DNA of 64,000 nucleotides from Desulfosoma sp. GTDB taxonomy: Bacteria > Desulfobacterota > Syntrophobacteria > Syntrophobacterales > DSM-9756. Shown piece by piece: positions 1-10,766 of the stretch; within the stretch, counting starts at the first letter, position 1, and each line of letters begins with the position of its first letter. Below the pieces are notes generated by a model. That model had not been told where the DNA came from, made no database searches, and worked only from the letters and a program-made list of their open reading frames with translations. The stretch covers positions 1 to 64,000 of the forward strand of contig JBBFKW010000015.1 of the NCBI GenBank assembly GCA_037481835.1, given 5' to 3'. Position numbers and translations under genes: made by a program.

Positions 1-101
1 TGATGATCGCCCATATCGACAAGAAGCGGGAAGCCTTGGGGATCATGGGCCCGCGCGAACGCAAGCTCTTCGATATGGCCGACCGCCGCGCCCTGGACTA
101 G
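1..101 (+). CDS. cooS: 3' end of anaerobic carbon monoxide dehydrogenase catalytic subunit (partial)
   Basis: Frame from position 3 reads MIAHIDKKREALGIMGPRERKLFDMADRRALD-stop (TAG 99-101), resembling CooS/AcsA C-termini; lies immediately upstream of acsB. Confidence 0.75.
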   Translation, partial: MIAHIDKKREALGIMGPRERKLFDMADRRALD

Positions 102-228
102 GTCGTGTGAGGGGCCCCCGGTTTGGCTTCCGGGAGCCGGTGGGCCCTTTGTGGAGAAAATCCGGCTCGGAGCCGGATTCGTTTGCGGCTGAACGGACGA
201 CAGTGTCCTTAAGAAAAGGAGTTTTGCT

Positions 229-2442
229 ATGTCTCGTTTGGTGGCTTTTGCCGCGATTCAAGGCGCGTACAATATCGTGTCCAAGGTTGAGGGCAAGTTC
301 AAGGAGGCCATGGATAAATACGGCCCGAACCAGCCCCTGGAATTTCCCAACACGGCTTATTATCTGCCGATTATCTACTCCATCTTGGGCATCAAGGTGG
401 AAAAGTTGGCCGATGCCGAACCCGTGTTGGAACGATGCAAGAAACTCCTGCCGCCGCACATCAAGGGGCGGATCCACACGCCGTACCTCGGCGGCACCTT
501 GGATGCCGGGATGGCGGCCATCCTGGCCGAAGAGATTTTTGAAGCCATCCGGTACGTGGAAGATCCGGATTTCTATCAAGCCGTGGAGGATCCGGACGTG
601 GAAGCCGGAAAGCTGTGGGTGGGTGCCGCGGATGATACGATCATGCGAAAACGCGGCATCGAGTTCGTGGACGGCAGTGCCCCCGGTTTTGCAGCCATCG
701 TCGGGGCCGCTCCGGATCCGGAAACGGCGAAGATGATCGCCGAAGAGTATCAGAGAAAGAACCTCTACGTCTTCATGTGCGCCAATCAAGCCGGCACTAC
801 CTTCACGCAGCAGCTCCTCGAAGCGGGGGTACAGATCGGCTGGTCGACGCGCCTTGTGCCCTTTGGGCCGGACATCTCCGCGGCCGTCTTCGCCTTGGGC
901 TTTGCCAACCGTGCGGCCATGGCCTTCGGCGGCGTCCAGCCCGGCGATTATCGTAAGATCCTTCTTTACAACAAGGAACGTATTTTTGCGTTCGTCAACG
1001 CCTTAGGCGAAGTCAACGCAGAATGGGCGGCCAACGCTGCCGGGGCCATCAACTGGGGCTTCCCGACCATTGCGGATACGGACATTCCGGAGATTTTGCC
1101 CACTGGTATTTGTACTTACGAACACGTGGTTTCCAGCGTGCCCCACAGCCAGATCTGCTCCAAGTCCATCGAAGTGCGCGGCCTCAAGGTCACTATCACG
1201 GAAGTGCCCGTGCCCGTGTCCTACGGTCCCGCTTTCGAGGGCGAGCGTGTGCGCAAGGAAGATGTGTACCTGGAATGCGGCGGCGGCAAAACGCCGTGCT
1301 TCGAGCTGGTGCGCATCGCTGAAATGGACGCCGTGGAAGACGGCAAAGTGGAAGTGATCGGCCCGGATATCAAGGACGTCCAGCCTGGAAGCCGCCTGCC
1401 TTTGGGCGTGATCGTGGAAGTGGCAGGCCGGAAAATGCAAGAAGATTACGAACCGATCCTGGAGCGCCAGATCCACCACCTGGTCAACTACGCCCAAGGC
1501 GTCATGCACATCGGCCAGCGTGACATCGCCTGGTACCGGATCGGCAAGGGCGCGGTGGAAAAAGGCTTCACCTTGGAACACATCGGAAAGATCCTCCATG
1601 CCAAGTTCCATCAGGACTTCGGGGCGATCTTCGACAAGTGCCAGGTGAAGATTTACACCGACGAAGCCAAGGTCAAAGAGTTGCTCCCCATGGCTCTGCA
1701 AATGTACCGCACGCGGGATGAGCGCATCGAGGGCATGACCGACGAGACGACGGAAATTTACTATTCGTGCACGTTGTGCCAGTCTTTCGCCCCGACTCAC
1801 GTGTGCGTTATCAGTCCGGAGCGCACCGGTTTGTGTGGGGCCTACAACTGGCTCGACTGCAAAGCTTCGTACGAGATCAACCCCACGGGGCCGAACCAGC
1901 CCATCGCCAAGGGAGAAACCTTGGATGAGCGCTACGGCAATTGGAAGGGTGTGAACGAGTTCGTGGAGAGGGCGTCCCGCGGTGCCGTCAACAGCTACAA
2001 CTTCTACAGCGTCGTCTACGACCCCATGACGACCTGCGGATGCTGTGAATGCATCGCCGCCGTCCTTCCCATGTGCAATGGCGTCATGACCGTGAACCGA
2101 GACTATCCGGGCATGACCCCTTGCGGCATGAAGTTCACCACGCTGGCCGGAACCATCGGAGGCGGCAACGTGACGCCGGGTTTTGTGGGCCACAGCAAGT
2201 ACAACATCACACAGCGCAAGTTCATTGCGGGCGACGGCGGCATCAAGCGCCTGGTGTGGATGCCCAAGATGCTCAAGGAGGAAATCCGCGAAAGGCTGAT
2301 CAAGCGCGGTGAAGAGATCGGCATTCCCAATTTCATCGACATGATCGCCACGGAAGAACAGGGTGTCACGGAAGATGAGATCCTGCCCTTCCTCCAAGAA
2401 GTGGGCCATCCGGCGCTGAGCATGGAGCCGATTCTTGGGTAA
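229..2442 (+). CDS. acsB: Acetyl-CoA synthase subunit of CODH/ACS complex
   Basis: 737 aa; A-cluster motifs CTLCQSFAPTHVC..LCGA and TTCGCCEC; N-terminal FPNTAYYLP; RBS AAAGGAG. Confidence 0.97.
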   Translation: MSRLVAFAAIQGAYNIVSKVEGKFKEAMDKYGPNQPLEFPNTAYYLPIIYSILGIKVEKLADAEPVLERCKKLLPPHIKGRIHTPYLGGTLDAGMAAILAEEIFEAIRYVEDPDFYQAVEDPDVEAGKLWVGAADDTIMRKRGIEFVDGSAPGFAAIVGAAPDPETAKMIAEEYQRKNLYVFMCANQAGTTFTQQLLEAGVQIGWSTRLVPFGPDISAAVFALGFANRAAMAFGGVQPGDYRKILLYNKERIFAFVNALGEVNAEWAANAAGAINWGFPTIADTDIPEILPTGICTYEHVVSSVPHSQICSKSIEVRGLKVTITEVPVPVSYGPAFEGERVRKEDVYLECGGGKTPCFELVRIAEMDAVEDGKVEVIGPDIKDVQPGSRLPLGVIVEVAGRKMQEDYEPILERQIHHLVNYAQGVMHIGQRDIAWYRIGKGAVEKGFTLEHIGKILHAKFHQDFGAIFDKCQVKIYTDEAKVKELLPMALQMYRTRDERIEGMTDETTEIYYSCTLCQSFAPTHVCVISPERTGLCGAYNWLDCKASYEINPTGPNQPIAKGETLDERYGNWKGVNEFVERASRGAVNSYNFYSVVYDPMTTCGCCECIAAVLPMCNGVMTVNRDYPGMTPCGMKFTTLAGTIGGGNVTPGFVGHSKYNITQRKFIAGDGGIKRLVWMPKMLKEEIRERLIKRGEEIGIPNFIDMIATEEQGVTEDEILPFLQEVGHPALSMEPILG

Positions 2443-2449
2443 AGACGTG

Positions 2450-2477
2450 GCCCGGGGCGACGGGGTTCGCCCCGGGC
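2450..2477 (+). other. Intergenic GC-rich hairpin between acsB and acsC
   Basis: GCCCGGGGCGA-CGGGGT-TCGCCCCGGGC, perfect 11-bp stem with no long U tail. Confidence 0.5.
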
Positions 2478-2522
2478 TTCCGCGCGTATTGACAACGTCA
2501 GAGGCGATGAGGAGAAAAACAC

Positions 2523-3875
2523 ATGGGCCTGACAGGAATCGAGATTTTCAAGCTTCTTCCCAAAACGAACTGTGGAGACTGCGGCGTTCCCACGTGTTTG
2601 GCCTTTGCCATGAACCTAGCGGCGGGCAAGGCCGAGTTGGATGCATGTCCCCACGTTTCCGAGGCGGCGAAAGAGAAGTTGGCGGCGGATTCCGCACCGC
2701 CCGTGCGACCGCTGGCGGTGGGCACCGGGGAATACACGGTGAAGGTCGGCGGAGAAACGGTCCTCTTCCGTCACGAAAAGACTTTCGTCAATCAGCCGGG
2801 GCTGGCCACCCTGGTGACGACGGCGGAAGATGCCGCATCGGTGGACGGCAAGATGGCCCGTTTCAAAGCGTGCCAGTTTGAGCGGGTAGGCTTGAACCTA
2901 CGTCCCGAAATGTTCGCCGTCAAAGACGCCACTGGGGATGCGGGGGCCTTTACCGCCCTGGCCAAAAAGATTTCCGACGGCACGGGTGCCGCTCTGATCC
3001 TCATGTCAGACAAGGTGGATGTGCTCAAGGCCGCGGCGGCTGAGTTGAAGGACAAGAAGCCGCTCCTTTACGCGGCCACGGCTGAGACCGCTGACGCCCT
3101 CGGCGCCCTGGCCAAGGAAACGGGATGTCCCTTGGCGGTCAAGGGGGACGGCACCTTGGAAGGCGTCATTGCGGTGACCGAAAAATTGGCGGCCATGGGC
3201 CTTAAGGACATCGTGATCGACACGGGGACCCGGGATATGAAGAAGGCTTTCGAAGAGCAGATTCATATCCGGCGTGCGGCCATCAAGAACCGATTCCGCC
3301 CCCTGGGCTATCCGACCATCATCTTCGCCAACGAAATGGCGGGCGACCTTCTCAACGAAGCCATCGTCGCCGCCACGTTCATCGCCAAGTACGGCGCCTT
3401 CATCGTCATGAGCGACGTGAAGCCGGAAGTGCATTTCCCGCTGCTTTTGGAACGGCTGAACATCTACACCGACCCGCAACGGCCCATGACCGCGGAACAG
3501 GGTATCTACCCCATCAACAACCCGGACGAAAACTCACCGGTTCTGGTCACCTGCAACTTCTCCCTCACCTACTTCATCGTGAGCGGGGAGATCGAATCCA
3601 GCCGCGTCCCTTCCTGGCTGTTGGTCCAGGATACGGAAGGACTCTCGGTGATGACCGCCTGGGCTGCCGGGAAGTTCAACGGGGAATCGGTGGGCACGTT
3701 TGTCCGCAAATGCGGGATCATGGACAAGGTCAAACATAAATCCATCGTTATCCCCGGCTATGCCGCGGCCATCAGCGGGGAATTGGAAGAGGAAATTCCC
3801 GGTTGGAACGTGGTGGTCGGCCCACGGGAAGCGAGCCACATTTCCAAGTTCCTCAAGGAATTCAAGCCGCAATAA
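2523..3875 (+). CDS. acsC: Corrinoid iron-sulfur protein large (gamma) subunit
   Basis: N-terminal LPKTNCGDCGVPTCLAFA..CP Fe-S motif; GGETVLFRHEK, YTDPQRP, SVMTAWAAGKF, VGPREA. Confidence 0.96.
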   Translation: MGLTGIEIFKLLPKTNCGDCGVPTCLAFAMNLAAGKAELDACPHVSEAAKEKLAADSAPPVRPLAVGTGEYTVKVGGETVLFRHEKTFVNQPGLATLVTTAEDAASVDGKMARFKACQFERVGLNLRPEMFAVKDATGDAGAFTALAKKISDGTGAALILMSDKVDVLKAAAAELKDKKPLLYAATAETADALGALAKETGCPLAVKGDGTLEGVIAVTEKLAAMGLKDIVIDTGTRDMKKAFEEQIHIRRAAIKNRFRPLGYPTIIFANEMAGDLLNEAIVAATFIAKYGAFIVMSDVKPEVHFPLLLERLNIYTDPQRPMTAEQGIYPINNPDENSPVLVTCNFSLTYFIVSGEIESSRVPSWLLVQDTEGLSVMTAWAAGKFNGESVGTFVRKCGIMDKVKHKSIVIPGYAAAISGELEEEIPGWNVVVGPREASHISKFLKEFKPQ

Positions 3876-3978
3876 CATTGGGGCGGAGGGGCCTGCCGGC
3901 GGGAGTGTGTCGTCGGCAGGACGGCCCCATCCCTTCGTTGCCCGAGTTTACGGAAACCCACAAGGAGGGTGCAATTCC

Positions 3979-4860
3979 ATGAAGCTTATCGGCGAGAACC
4001 TCAATATTATGAGCAAAAAGTACGGCAAGGCGCTGAAAGAGCGCGACGCCAAGACTCTTCAGGAGCTGGCCGTGCAGGAAGCCCAGGCCGGGATGGACTA
4101 CATCGATCTCAACATCGGCCCGGCGGGCAAGACCGGCGAAGAGCTCATGTCGTGGCTGGTTCCCGTCATCCATGAGGTCGTGGACCTGCCCCTGGCCCTG
4201 GATACGTCCAACATCAAGGCCATCGAAGCCGGCTTGAAGGCCCATAAGAAGTGCCGGGCTATGATCAACTCCATCATGGTGCGCCCCGAGCGCATGGACG
4301 CGCTGCTGCCCCTGGCCAAGGAATACGACGCGGAATTCATCGGCTTGCTGTGGGGCCCCGAAGGCATGCCGCGCGATGAAAACGAACGGGGTGTGCTGTG
4401 TGCCGAGATTCTTTTCCGAGCCACCGAAATGGGCATTCCCCCGGAACGGATTTACATCGACCCCATTCAAACGCCGGTCAACGTGCAGCAGATCCAGATC
4501 ATGAGCGCCCTGAATTTCATGAAAATGTTCCCGGACATGGCCCCGGGCTGCAACAGCACCATCGGGCTGTCCAATGTCTCCAACGGAGCTCCGGAACACC
4601 TGCGTCCCATTCTGAACCAGGTAATGCTGATTTTGTGGAAACGCTGGGGCATGAAGTCGGCCATCGTGGACACTTTCGACACCGAGCTGCACAAGATCGC
4701 CCGCGGCCAGCGGCCGGAACTGGAAGCCTTGGTGGCCAAGGTGGAGGACGGTGAAGAAATCGATATGGCCACCTTGACCAAAGAAGAAAAAGACTTCGTC
4801 AAGACGGCCCGCGTCATTCTCGGACACACGCTCTACTCCGATTCGTGGCTTGAAGTCTAA
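3979..4860 (+). CDS. acsE: Methyltetrahydrofolate:corrinoid Fe-S protein methyltransferase (pterin-binding TIM barrel)
   Basis: MKLIGENLN, IDLNIG, LALDTSN, MINS, IDP, GLSNVSNG motifs; ATG 3979 preceded by AAGGAGG; acs context. Confidence 0.9.
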   Translation: MKLIGENLNIMSKKYGKALKERDAKTLQELAVQEAQAGMDYIDLNIGPAGKTGEELMSWLVPVIHEVVDLPLALDTSNIKAIEAGLKAHKKCRAMINSIMVRPERMDALLPLAKEYDAEFIGLLWGPEGMPRDENERGVLCAEILFRATEMGIPPERIYIDPIQTPVNVQQIQIMSALNFMKMFPDMAPGCNSTIGLSNVSNGAPEHLRPILNQVMLILWKRWGMKSAIVDTFDTELHKIARGQRPELEALVAKVEDGEEIDMATLTKEEKDFVKTARVILGHTLYSDSWLEV

Positions 4861-4901
4861 CCCCATACAGAGCCTCGCTTCTTCCAGATCCGATGAGCAC
4901 G

Positions 4902-4931
4902 AAAACCCCATCCCTGCGAGGTGGGGTTTTT
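4902..4931 (+). terminator. Probable intrinsic terminator after acsE
   Basis: AAAACCCCAT-loop-GTGGGGTTTTT stem-loop with T tract. Confidence 0.65.
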
Positions 4932-5001
4932 GTGTCTCTATGGCCCGAAAGTGCCGATCAGGATAGAAACCCGACCAAAACCAAGGAGGGAAACACACCT
5001 T

Positions 5002-7743
5002 ATGGGAACGCGTTACGTGTACTTCTTCGGGGAAGGCAAAGCGGACGGAAGTGCCGCCATGAAACACCTCTTGGGGGGGAAAGGGGCCAATCTGGCCGAG
5101 ATGACCAACTTGGGCATTCCCGTCCCCCCCGGCTTCACCATTTCGACGGAAGTCTGCACCTATTTCTACAAGACCAAGGGCACTTATCCCCCGGGTCTCG
5201 AACAGGAAGTGGAAGAGGCTCTACACCGTCTGGAAAATCTCATGGGAAGGCGTTTTGGGGACCCGGAAAAGCCTCTGCTGGTCTCGGTGCGATCGGGTGC
5301 CGCCATCAGCATGCCCGGAATGATGGACACCGTGCTCAATTTGGGCCTCAATGACCACACGGTGGAAGGCCTGGCTCGGGAAACCCAGGACCCTCGGTTT
5401 GCCTACGATTGCTACCGCCGTTTTCTTAGCATGTACGGCGATGTGGTCTTGGGGCTCAAAGCGGAAAGCCCCGACGAGATCGATCCTTTCGAAGAAATCA
5501 TCGATGAGCTGAAAAAGTCGCGCGGCGTCCAGTTCGACAACCAGTTGAGCGCCGACGATCTCAAGGAATTATGCCTGCGCTATAAGGAGCTCATCCGCAA
5601 GAAGATCGGCAAAGACTTTCCGCAGGATCCCAAGATGCAACTCTGGGGGGCCATCGGGGCCGTGTTCGGGTCTTGGGACAACCCGAGGGCCATCGCGTAC
5701 CGTCAGATCAACGGCATTCCTGACGACATGGGCACGGCGGTCAACGTCCAGTCCATGGTTTTCGGGAACATGGGAGATGATTGCGCCACGGGCGTGGCCT
5801 TCACACGGAACCCGGCTACGGGCGAAAATGTCCTTTACGGCGAATATTTGGTCAACGCCCAGGGCGAAGACGTGGTCGCCGGCATCCGGACGCCGCAGCC
5901 CATCAACATCCGCCAGAAAACGGATCCCTCGATGGTGTCCTTGGAAGAAGCCATGCCGGAAGCGTACGCCGAGCTGGAGCGGATTCGAAAGATTCTCGAC
6001 CGGCACTATCGGGACATGCAGGACATCGAGTTCACCATTCAACGGCGAAAGCTCTGGATGCTCCAGACCCGAACGGGAAAGCGCACGGGCTTTGCCGCTT
6101 TCAAGATCGCGGTGGACATGGTCCGCGAAGGCATCCTGACACCCAAAGAAGCCCTCCTTCGGGTGGAACCGAACCAGCTGAACCAGTTGTTGCGCCCCAT
6201 TTTCGACGCCCAGGCCAAGCAAAAGGCCATCGCCTCCAAGGCCCTCCTGGCCAAAGGTTTGAATGCCGGTCCGGGAGCGGCGACGGGCCGGGTGGTCTTC
6301 AATGCGGTGGATGCGGAAGAGTGGGCCGAGCGGGGGGAAAAAGTCATCCTCGTTCGGCTGGAAACGTCTCCCGACGATATCCGCGGCATGCACGCCGCCC
6401 AGGGGATCCTCACCTCCCGCGGAGGCATGACGTCTCATGCGGCCCTTGTGGCCCGGCAGATGGGGAAGGTCTGTGTCGTGGGATGCGGGGATTTGGAAAT
6501 CGACTACAAGCACCGGCAGATGAGCGTCAATGGCCGGGTGGTCAAGGAAGGCGACTGGATTTCCGTCGACGGATCCACGGGCGAGGTTTTCGTGGGGCAG
6601 ATTCCCACAAAGCCGTCGGAAGTCCTGCAGGTTCTCTTGGATAAGACGCTCAAGCCGGAGGACTCGCCTATTTATCAAGACTACATGGAACTCATGCAAT
6701 GGGCCGACGCTCACCGCCGCCTGGGGGTGCGCACCAACGCCGACCAGCCCGATCAGGCTCAGACGGCCCTGCTTTTCGGCGCGGAAGGGATCGGGTTGTG
6801 CCGCACGGAGCACATGTTCTTCGAAGGGGAACGAATCCATGCGGTGCGCGAAATGATCCTGGCGGACACCAAGGAAGGAAGGGAAAAAGCCCTGGCTAAA
6901 CTGCTCCCCATGCAGCGAGAGGATTTCAAGGGCATCTTCCGGGTCATGAAGGGACTGCCGGTGACCATCCGCACCTTGGATCCGCCGCTTCACGAATTTC
7001 TGCCCACGGAAGAGGCGGACATCCGCACCGTGGCGGATCAGATGGGCGTGTCCGTGGATCGAGTGCGGGCCAAGATCCAGGCCCTCCACGAAGCCAACCC
7101 CATGCTGGGCCATCGCGGATGCCGACTGGGGGTGGTCTATCCGGAAATCACGGCGATGCAGGCTCGAGCCATTCTGGAAGCGGCGTGCGAAGTCAAAAAA
7201 GAAGGCCTTGACGTCCATCCCGAAATCATGATCCCGTTGGTAGGTCATGTGGCGGAGCTTGCCGATCAGAAACGGGTGGTGGACGAGGTGGCCGGCCAGG
7301 TCATGGAGCAGTACGGCGTCCAGTTGGACTACGTGGTGGGGACCATGATCGAGGTGCCCCGAGGGGCCCTCACGGCCGATGAAATCGCCAAGGAAGCCAT
7401 GTTTTTTTCCTTCGGCACCAACGACCTCACCCAGACGGTCTACGGCATCAGCCGCGACGACGCCGCCAAATTCCTCCATGACTATCTCGACAAGAGGATT
7501 TGGGATTTCGATCCCTTTGAACGCATCGACCAGGACGGTGTGGGGCAACTCATGAAGATGGGCGTCGAGAAAGGGCGCGCGACACGGCCGGATCTCAAGG
7601 TTGGGATCTGCGGGGAACATGGCGGGGAGCCGTCTTCCGTAGAATTTTGCCATCGGATCGGCTTGAATTACGTGAGTTGTTCTCCGTATCGGGTCCCTAT
7701 CGCCCGGCTGGCCGCTGCCCGCGCCGCCATTCGGGATGCATAG
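5002..7743 (+). CDS. ppdK: Pyruvate, phosphate dikinase
   Basis: [34 protein letters not shown] (phospho-His), [31 protein letters not shown] 5002 after AAGGAGG. Confidence 0.97.
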   Translation: MGTRYVYFFGEGKADGSAAMKHLLGGKGANLAEMTNLGIPVPPGFTISTEVCTYFYKTKGTYPPGLEQEVEEALHRLENLMGRRFGDPEKPLLVSVRSGAAISMPGMMDTVLNLGLNDHTVEGLARETQDPRFAYDCYRRFLSMYGDVVLGLKAESPDEIDPFEEIIDELKKSRGVQFDNQLSADDLKELCLRYKELIRKKIGKDFPQDPKMQLWGAIGAVFGSWDNPRAIAYRQINGIPDDMGTAVNVQSMVFGNMGDDCATGVAFTRNPATGENVLYGEYLVNAQGEDVVAGIRTPQPINIRQKTDPSMVSLEEAMPEAYAELERIRKILDRHYRDMQDIEFTIQRRKLWMLQTRTGKRTGFAAFKIAVDMVREGILTPKEALLRVEPNQLNQLLRPIFDAQAKQKAIASKALLAKGLNAGPGAATGRVVFNAVDAEEWAERGEKVILVRLETSPDDIRGMHAAQGILTSRGGMTSHAALVARQMGKVCVVGCGDLEIDYKHRQMSVNGRVVKEGDWISVDGSTGEVFVGQIPTKPSEVLQVLLDKTLKPEDSPIYQDYMELMQWADAHRRLGVRTNADQPDQAQTALLFGAEGIGLCRTEHMFFEGERIHAVREMILADTKEGREKALAKLLPMQREDFKGIFRVMKGLPVTIRTLDPPLHEFLPTEEADIRTVADQMGVSVDRVRAKIQALHEANPMLGHRGCRLGVVYPEITAMQARAILEAACEVKKEGLDVHPEIMIPLVGHVAELADQKRVVDEVAGQVMEQYGVQLDYVVGTMIEVPRGALTADEIAKEAMFFSFGTNDLTQTVYGISRDDAAKFLHDYLDKRIWDFDPFERIDQDGVGQLMKMGVEKGRATRPDLKVGICGEHGGEPSSVEFCHRIGLNYVSCSPYRVPIARLAAARAAIRDA

Positions 7744-7773
7744 AAAGCGTTTCGTCACGACGAGGTCAAAGCC

Positions 7774-8739
7774 ATGGAGCGCCCCATCAGACTGCGGCGA
7801 TCGATCCTTTCGGTTCCTGCCAACCGGGAGAAAATGGTCCGAAAAGCGCTGAATCTTCCGGCGGATGTCGTCATGTTGGATTTGGAAGACAGCGTTCCGG
7901 TGGACGAAAAGGAAAAGGCCCGTCAAGCCGTGGTGGAGGCGCTCACGGCCTCAGGCTGGGAAGGGCGGGTTCGAGCCTATCGCATCAACGACATGGGCAC
8001 GCCTTTCGCCTACCGCGACCTCATCGATGTGGTGGAAAAGGCGGGCTCTTTTGTGGATGTCATCGTGGTGCCCAAGGTCAATGACCCGGCGGAAATCAAG
8101 GCCATTGATTATTGGCTCACCCAGATGGAGATGCGCCTCGGCCTTGCCAAGAAAATCGGCCTGGAAGCCTCCATCGAAACGGCACAGGGGATGCTCCGGG
8201 TGGGCGAGATCGCCATGAGCTCGCCTCGGCTGGAAGCCCTGGTATTCGGCATCGCCGATTACGGGGCTTCTTTGGGGATGCCCAGCGGCGGCATCAGCGG
8301 CCACGGGGACGCCGAAGGGGATGGGGCGGGTTTTCGATGGCTTTTTCCGCTCAGTCGAATGGTCATGGCGGCCAAGGCTGCAGGCCTTGCCGCCGTGGAC
8401 GCGCCCTACGGGGATTTTCGAGATCCCCAAGGTTTGGCTCGATCGTGCGGGGTGAGCCGCGCCTTGGGCTATGATGGCAAATGGGCCATCCATCCCGATC
8501 AGTTGGACGTGATCAACCGGGTCTTCACCCCCTCGGAAGAGGATGTGAACCGAAGTTTACGGATTGTGGAGGCTTATGAAGCGGCGCGGGCTCGAGGTGA
8601 AGGGTCCGTGGCCGTGGACGGCAAGATGGTGGACGCCGCTTCCGTTCGCGTCGCTCAAGTGACCGTCGCTGTGGCGGAAGCGGCGCGCCGAAGCGCAGGA
8701 ACAAACGCTTCGACGGCCCAACCCCTGTCGAAGGCTTAA
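7774..8739 (+). CDS. CitE / malyl-CoA lyase (HpcH/HpaI aldolase) family protein
   Basis: RRSILSVP, DLEDSV, RIN, PKV, IETAQG, GIADY, LGYDGKWAIHPDQ, DGKMVD motifs. Confidence 0.85.
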   Translation: MERPIRLRRSILSVPANREKMVRKALNLPADVVMLDLEDSVPVDEKEKARQAVVEALTASGWEGRVRAYRINDMGTPFAYRDLIDVVEKAGSFVDVIVVPKVNDPAEIKAIDYWLTQMEMRLGLAKKIGLEASIETAQGMLRVGEIAMSSPRLEALVFGIADYGASLGMPSGGISGHGDAEGDGAGFRWLFPLSRMVMAAKAAGLAAVDAPYGDFRDPQGLARSCGVSRALGYDGKWAIHPDQLDVINRVFTPSEEDVNRSLRIVEAYEAARARGEGSVAVDGKMVDAASVRVAQVTVAVAEAARRSAGTNASTAQPLSKA

Positions 8740-9000
8740 GAAAACCGCCAATGACCGCCGACGGAGCCTGCCACCGCAGAGCAAAGGAACGGCGGTGTGC
8801 GCATTTGCCAAAGACACCGGGCACCAGCGCCGCCGTCTGCTAACAGGAAAGGTTTGAGGGAGGCGACTCTCCGTCATTGTGAAAGCTCCGGATTGCTTCG
8901 AATTCTTCTTTCTTCCGACGCCCTGTGACACCGCCTTTGTATGGCGCTCCCTCTACGAACACAGCGTGGTCAACCTTGGAATCAGATCCATAGAGGAAAA

Positions 9001-10689
9001 ATGGACAGGGCAATGTCGCGAGAATGGAATGCGCCGGGACGGACCCCCATGGGGGAGGGTGGGGACTGTGAGACGCCGTCCGTCCTGAAGGAAAGGATCA
9101 TCCAGCAAAACAATGAGCTGCAGATCCTTTTCGATATTTCCTCGGCGATTCATAGCTCACCGCGCCTGGAAGATGTGCTCCAGCAATCCCTGATCGCCAT
9201 CCTGCGCACCTTGCAGCTTAAGATGGGCGCCATCTACCTTTTGAAACCCGACGGAGAGGGCGGCGGGACCATGGTTCTGGCGGCCCAACACGGTTTTTCG
9301 TCGACTCTGGTGGAAGCCATCCGGTCTTTCCACGTGGGAGATGGGTGGACGGCCGCCGGCCGCCTCAAGAACCGGGTGGCGTGGTTGAAAAGGGAACACC
9401 TTTTCTTCCCGGCCCTCAGGGAAAGGATGGCCGCGGAAGACATCCAAGAAATCATCCGCATTGCCCTGTTCACCCACAAGGGGGTGCTGGGCCTTCTCTA
9501 CGTGGCCAACCACGGAGCGCTCCAGATCCGGCACGATCGCCGGGAGTTCTTGACCACCATCGGCCAGCAGATCGGCGTGGCCATCGAAAACGCCCAGCTC
9601 TTCGAATCCGTCCAACGGGCGAAAACCGAACTGGAAATCAGCTTCGATGCCATCCAACACAGCATCTTCCTGGTGGAAGCTTCCGGGCGCATCCTTCGAA
9701 TCAATGAAACCACGGAGAAAAATTACGGCCCGAGGGAGCTGTTGCTGGGCAAGACCTACTGGGAGATCCTTTATCAAGCCGCCGAACCTCCCAGCGGATG
9801 CCCGATCCGGGAATGCCTCATGAGCCGCAGGCCTGTTCAAAAGGAAGGCCCCCATCCTCGCTGGGGGGGCTTCTATCGCCTGTATGCCTTTCCGGTCCTG
9901 AATCTTTCCTCTCAGTTGGAGCGCATCGTCTATTACGAAAAGGATGAAACGGAAGCGAGAAAGCTGGAGCAGCGTCTCCAGCAGACCGAACGCCTGCAGT
10001 CCCTGGGCACTCTGGCGGCGGGGATCGCCCATGAGATCCGCAATCCCCTGGCCACGATCAATTTCAATGCCCAAATGCTCCAACGGGAGCTGCGCCTGAA
10101 CGACAACCAGTCCCAAATGCTTTCGGACTTGATCCAGGAAGTGCGAAAGATCGACAACATCGTCCGGGAAGTGCTGAACTTCGCCCGCCCTCGGGAACCC
10201 CAGTTCCTGCCGGCAAACCTTAACGACATCGTGCGTTATTGTCACAACTTGTCCAAGGTCCACATCCGCAAGGCCAAAATCGACCTCAGCCTGGACCTGG
10301 ACCCAACCATGCCCGAAATCATCATGGATTCCGACCAAATCGGTCAGGTGGTCATGAATCTCATGATCAACGCCGTGGAAGCCATGCCGCACGGCGGGAG
10401 GATGGAAGTAAAAACCCGCGTGGACCAAGCCTCCGGCCGGGTGCTTTTGACCGTCAAGGACACGGGCGAAGGCATCCTTCCCGAAGACGAAGGAAGGATT
10501 TTCGACCCCTTTTTCACGCGCAAGGCCGAGGGGACGGGACTGGGTTTGAGTATCTGCCGCCGGATTTTGGAACGCCACGGCGCGCATATCGAAGTGGAAA
10601 GCCAGGTGGGGAAAGGGAGCGTGTTCCGCGTGGTGTTTCCCCTCACAAGACGCACAAGCGTGCCGCCCTTGGAGGAGACGATCAATTGA
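9001..10689 (+). CDS. Cytoplasmic sensor histidine kinase (GAF-PAS-HisKA-HATPase)
   Basis: GAF end AIENAQLF; H-box AHEIRNPL; N box NLMINAVEAM; DTGEGI, FDPFFT, GTGLGL; no TM segment. Start could also be 8941 or 9013. Confidence 0.92.
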   Translation: MDRAMSREWNAPGRTPMGEGGDCETPSVLKERIIQQNNELQILFDISSAIHSSPRLEDVLQQSLIAILRTLQLKMGAIYLLKPDGEGGGTMVLAAQHGFSSTLVEAIRSFHVGDGWTAAGRLKNRVAWLKREHLFFPALRERMAAEDIQEIIRIALFTHKGVLGLLYVANHGALQIRHDRREFLTTIGQQIGVAIENAQLFESVQRAKTELEISFDAIQHSIFLVEASGRILRINETTEKNYGPRELLLGKTYWEILYQAAEPPSGCPIRECLMSRRPVQKEGPHPRWGGFYRLYAFPVLNLSSQLERIVYYEKDETEARKLEQRLQQTERLQSLGTLAAGIAHEIRNPLATINFNAQMLQRELRLNDNQSQMLSDLIQEVRKIDNIVREVLNFARPREPQFLPANLNDIVRYCHNLSKVHIRKAKIDLSLDLDPTMPEIIMDSDQIGQVVMNLMINAVEAMPHGGRMEVKTRVDQASGRVLLTVKDTGEGILPEDEGRIFDPFFTRKAEGTGLGLSICRRILERHGAHIEVESQVGKGSVFRVVFPLTRRTSVPPLEETIN

Positions 10690-10766
10690 AGCCCATGCCC
10701 CTGTCCGGCCAATGATCCTGCCCTCTCTTCGGCAAACTCTCAGCGGCTGAGGTGGAATCTTTCCCC

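Noticed and set aside
159..179. Perfect palindrome AATCCGGCTC-G-GAGCCGGATT between cooS and acsB
   Set aside because: Single occurrence; most simply one of several intra-operon mRNA hairpins, with no evidence for an operator.
2523..4860. acsD missing between acsC and acsE
   Set aside because: The cluster is cut by the window edge; acsD commonly lies upstream of cooS in this gene arrangement, so absence cannot be claimed.
5569..7926. 785-aa antisense ORF over ppdK, and similar long shadow ORFs (14429-16516, 32148-33824, 33998-35818, 44001-45743)
   Set aside because: They lie antisense to well-supported genes and show no motifs; such shadow ORFs are expected from high GC3 codon bias.
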